DNA of 64,000 nt from an uncultured Clostridia bacterium (GTDB lineage Bacteria; Bacillota; Clostridia; Christensenellales; UBA1242): the NCBI GenBank assembly GCA_944384405.1, contig CALWTH010000011.1, positions 9,904 through 73,903 on the forward strand. Direction: 5' to 3'. The stretch's first letter is position 1, and every line of letters starts with the position of its first letter. A model generated the notes under the pieces. That model worked only from the letters and a program-made list of their open reading frames with translations. It was not told where the DNA came from and made no database searches. This document shows positions 61,323 through 64,000 of this stretch, piece after piece. Position numbers and translations under genes: made by a program.

Positions 61323-63602
61323 TTAGATGATTTTTTTCAAAAATAATTTCACCATCAATTCTAACGATAGGTGTAGACAAAAATATAGCATATATAAATA
61401 AAAAATCGCAAAATTATAATAAAATGACTTAAATTTTTGTGAATGGATATCATCATTATAATTACTTCTACAGATACATAATTCTTCACTTTGTTTGTCA
61501 TAGCGTACAAATCCACCTTTTAAATTATAATTTTTTAAGTATCGTTTTAGTTCAATGAATTTCTTTGAAGAAAAAATATCAATGTCTTCGCTTTCGCCAG
61601 TTCTGTCAAAACCACCTTTAGTTTCAACAATCCAAATTTCACCTTTCACAGAGATTATATAATCAGGATAGAATAGTTTTTGTCTGTTGGAATTATCTAA
61701 GTAAAGAATGGAAAGATATGCATCTCCTTTATCACCATTTTTATAGAACCAATCTATAGCATTGCATTTTTCACAAAATTTCTCAAACTTCTTCTCTGAA
61801 GATGAGCGTGGTTCTGCTGACATTAAATATCCATTATATACATTTTTTCTACTTTCAGATTGAACCTTACTTTGCTCATCGTAAGTGAACATACAGGAGT
61901 GGGGGATAAAGAAATCTTTTTTAGATACACTATGAAATTCAATTCCTAACTGATCAAGTTCTTTTGACATTGCTTTTTTAACAATACTACGCAACAAATC
62001 TGTATTATTTATAACAAATGCATATAATTGCTTAGTTGATAGGCTTAATATTTTATTTCGATATTCAAATTTTTCACCAAATAATTTCCCTATAATGGCA
62101 TTCATAAAAGAGTATTCTAATCCGATTTCAAGTCCAATTCTTCCAACTCTGTTATGATAATCTCTTCCGTGGATATGAGTGTTTATTGGCTCTTGAATTT
62201 TAATTACATTCAATTTATCTTTTTCTGACAATTCACTTAGTTTTACAATATTTCCAGAAAGAGTATAGCGTATTATTTCATTTGAAAATTCAAAACCATT
62301 TGATTGAAGTCTTAATTTGTTTTGGACTTTATTACCTGTAAGACCAAATTCCTGTTGCATATACAGTTTTATTGATTTTAATGCTTTTCTAGGGTCTCTA
62401 ATGTCAGTAACCATTGTTCGTTGTTCTTTTATTAATTTTATTTTCTTATACTCATTTTTTAAGAATAATGTCTTTGCTTCTAATGCTCCTTTTCCTAAAG
62501 CTGTTTTAACACCTTCAGTAAATTTACTATCAAAAGTGTATAGATAACAACTATCTAAAGCATCATTATCATAGTGCTTTGCTTCTGGCATTCTTCTAAT
62601 GCGTCCAATAGTTTGTATTTCAAATGTTTCATCCATATTTTCACGAAGTTTGACTAAAATACTTGCTCTCGGACAATCCCAACCAGTTGCTACTGCTTGT
62701 TTTATTATGACAGCAACTTGATTGGAATTATTTTTTGAAATGTTATCCAAATTTTCGTGTCTATTTGAAAGCCAAATGGCTAAATCATTTTCATAATTAA
62801 TACCATTATCTTCAAAAAACTTTTCTATCGTATCAAGCAACGCATCAGAATTATTTGGCATTTGGACAATTATTAAAGGATTTACATCAACATTTTTGCT
62901 AAGATATAATTGTCTTAATTCTCGTTGTTTATTTAATGCTTTTTCGAGTAAATAATTTGTTTGATTGTCAGTTTCTATTATTTGTGGAAAATTTTCATTA
63001 ATAACTAAAAGCTTTTTGATAAGTCCTTCAGCAATTACTTCTTCTTCGCTAATATTTATAAGTTTTGCTTTTTTGTCAAGTATTGGAGTCGCTGAACAAC
63101 GAATAATTTTATCTGTATGAAATAATTGTATGATTGCATCTGCTTTATCTGTAAAATTTGTATGACTTTCGTCAATAATAATTTTAAATTCAAGTCCCTG
63201 ATTAAATGCTTTTTCAATCCACTCTAAAAAATTTGTTCTTTCACTGTCTTTGAGAGCATTATTACCTTTCTTTGTAAGTTTTTCCCAGTTAATGAAACAA
63301 CTATCATTTTCTTCAAAACCACTTGTCATAACATCTGTCAAAAGTTTTGTTTGTGCATTGTGAATATATCTATCCATTTTTTCTTTACTTTGCTCTTCCA
63401 AACTGCCTTTACCGGGTGTAAGCCATATAAAAACAGTTTTTGAATGACCTTTTAAGTATTCATCCATAAAGTGAGTGAGAATAATAGTTTTGCCACTACC
63501 AGTAGGACTTTTTAAAATTATATTATGTATGTTATCTTCTTCCATATATTCCAAAAGCTGTTTAATTGCATGTAACTGAAAATTTGCTAATTGGATATTC
63601 AT
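61323..63602 (-). CDS. res: Type III restriction endonuclease Res subunit
   Basis: SPTGSGKT, IIDESH, GWDCPRA, QTIGRIRR, YPDY...VETKG. Confidence 0.85.
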   Translation of the reverse strand: MNIQLANFQLHAIKQLLEYMEEDNIHNIILKSPTGSGKTIILTHFMDEYLKGHSKTVFIWLTPGKGSLEEQSKEKMDRYIHNAQTKLLTDVMTSGFEENDSCFINWEKLTKKGNNALKDSERTNFLEWIEKAFNQGLEFKIIIDESHTNFTDKADAIIQLFHTDKIIRCSATPILDKKAKLINISEEEVIAEGLIKKLLVINENFPQIIETDNQTNYLLEKALNKQRELRQLYLSKNVDVNPLIIVQMPNNSDALLDTIEKFFEDNGINYENDLAIWLSNRHENLDNISKNNSNQVAVIIKQAVATGWDCPRASILVKLRENMDETFEIQTIGRIRRMPEAKHYDNDALDSCYLYTFDSKFTEGVKTALGKGALEAKTLFLKNEYKKIKLIKEQRTMVTDIRDPRKALKSIKLYMQQEFGLTGNKVQNKLRLQSNGFEFSNEIIRYTLSGNIVKLSELSEKDKLNVIKIQEPINTHIHGRDYHNRVGRIGLEIGLEYSFMNAIIGKLFGEKFEYRNKILSLSTKQLYAFVINNTDLLRSIVKKAMSKELDQLGIEFHSVSKKDFFIPHSCMFTYDEQSKVQSESRKNVYNGYLMSAEPRSSSEKKFEKFCEKCNAIDWFYKNGDKGDAYLSILYLDNSNRQKLFYPDYIISVKGEIWIVETKGGFDRTGESEDIDIFSSKKFIELKRYLKNYNLKGGFVRYDKQSEELCICRSNYNDDIHSQKFKSFYYNFAIFYLYMLYFCLHLSLELMVKLFLKKII

Positions 63603-63603
63603 A

Positions 63604-63999
63604 TTAACCCTCCAAGTCTCTGTAATAGTAATCAGGGATTATGTTGACTTTTATCTTATTGTTTTTGAACATTTCTTCTTGTTCTTTAGTAGGTAAGATA
63701 TCATGTCCAAGGTAAATTGTTTTACATTCGGCTGGTATGTTATTCATAAAGTTGTCTAGTTCTTCTTCTGTAATAATAATTGCAAGCTCTTTGTTGTCAT
63801 TAAAATTTATCCCATTTTCAAGTTCCACAAGTTCTTTGACATGCTTTAAAAGTTCATCAGCATATTCATAGTAAAATTTATCTGTAATAGGGACAAAATC
63901 GACTTTCATATATTTCAAACTTGCATGATTATTTTTAGAAATTACATTTTTTAATCTTGTATAAGCAACATCTCTACAAATATTATTTTCATTACTAGT
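63604..63999 (-). CDS. mod: Type III R-M Mod subunit, C-terminal part (continues beyond the window)
   Basis: Frame open to the window edge (NENNICRDVAYTRLKNVI...IPDYYY); directly upstream of res. Confidence 0.7.
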   Translation of the reverse strand, partial: TSNENNICRDVAYTRLKNVISKNNHASLKYMKVDFVPITDKFYYEYADELLKHVKELVELENGINFNDNKELAIIITEEELDNFMNNIPAECKTIYLGHDILPTKEQEEMFKNNKIKVNIIPDYYYRDLEG

Positions 64000-64000
64000 A

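Noticed and set aside
179-62547. Numerous short antisense or alternate-frame ORFs in the ORF track
   Set aside because: Shadows of longer, motif-supported genes

Overview
Low-GC window from a spore-forming Clostridia-like chromosome (spoIIE, CwlD-like amidase, collagen-like spore protein), probably a gut lineage given the M60-like peptidase. About 1-38 kb holds housekeeping genes (typA, dnaB, rpsT, greA, tRNA-Val(CAC)), large surface proteins, small intergenic repeats and several apparently leaderless genes. From ~38.6 kb the sequence is accessory. It begins with an SF1 helicase plus partner gene. Next is a divergent candidate RiPP cluster (44.6-53.4 kb): B12-type radical SAM, PLP enzyme, YcaO, two radical SAM enzymes, a PEP-synthase-like phosphotransferase and a 40-aa precursor-like ORF ending in GHGDCSDQC that is absent from the ORF track. 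After an IS200 relic comes a defence-type island: GIY-YIG protein, frameshifted Fic, an operon of RHH + C5 methyltransferase + GHKL/His-kinase + receiver-HEPN-like genes, a SLOG protein and type III R-M. Three dispersed secreted proteins share a conserved FGVYS N-terminal domain. All calls are from motif recognition by eye; no searches were run.
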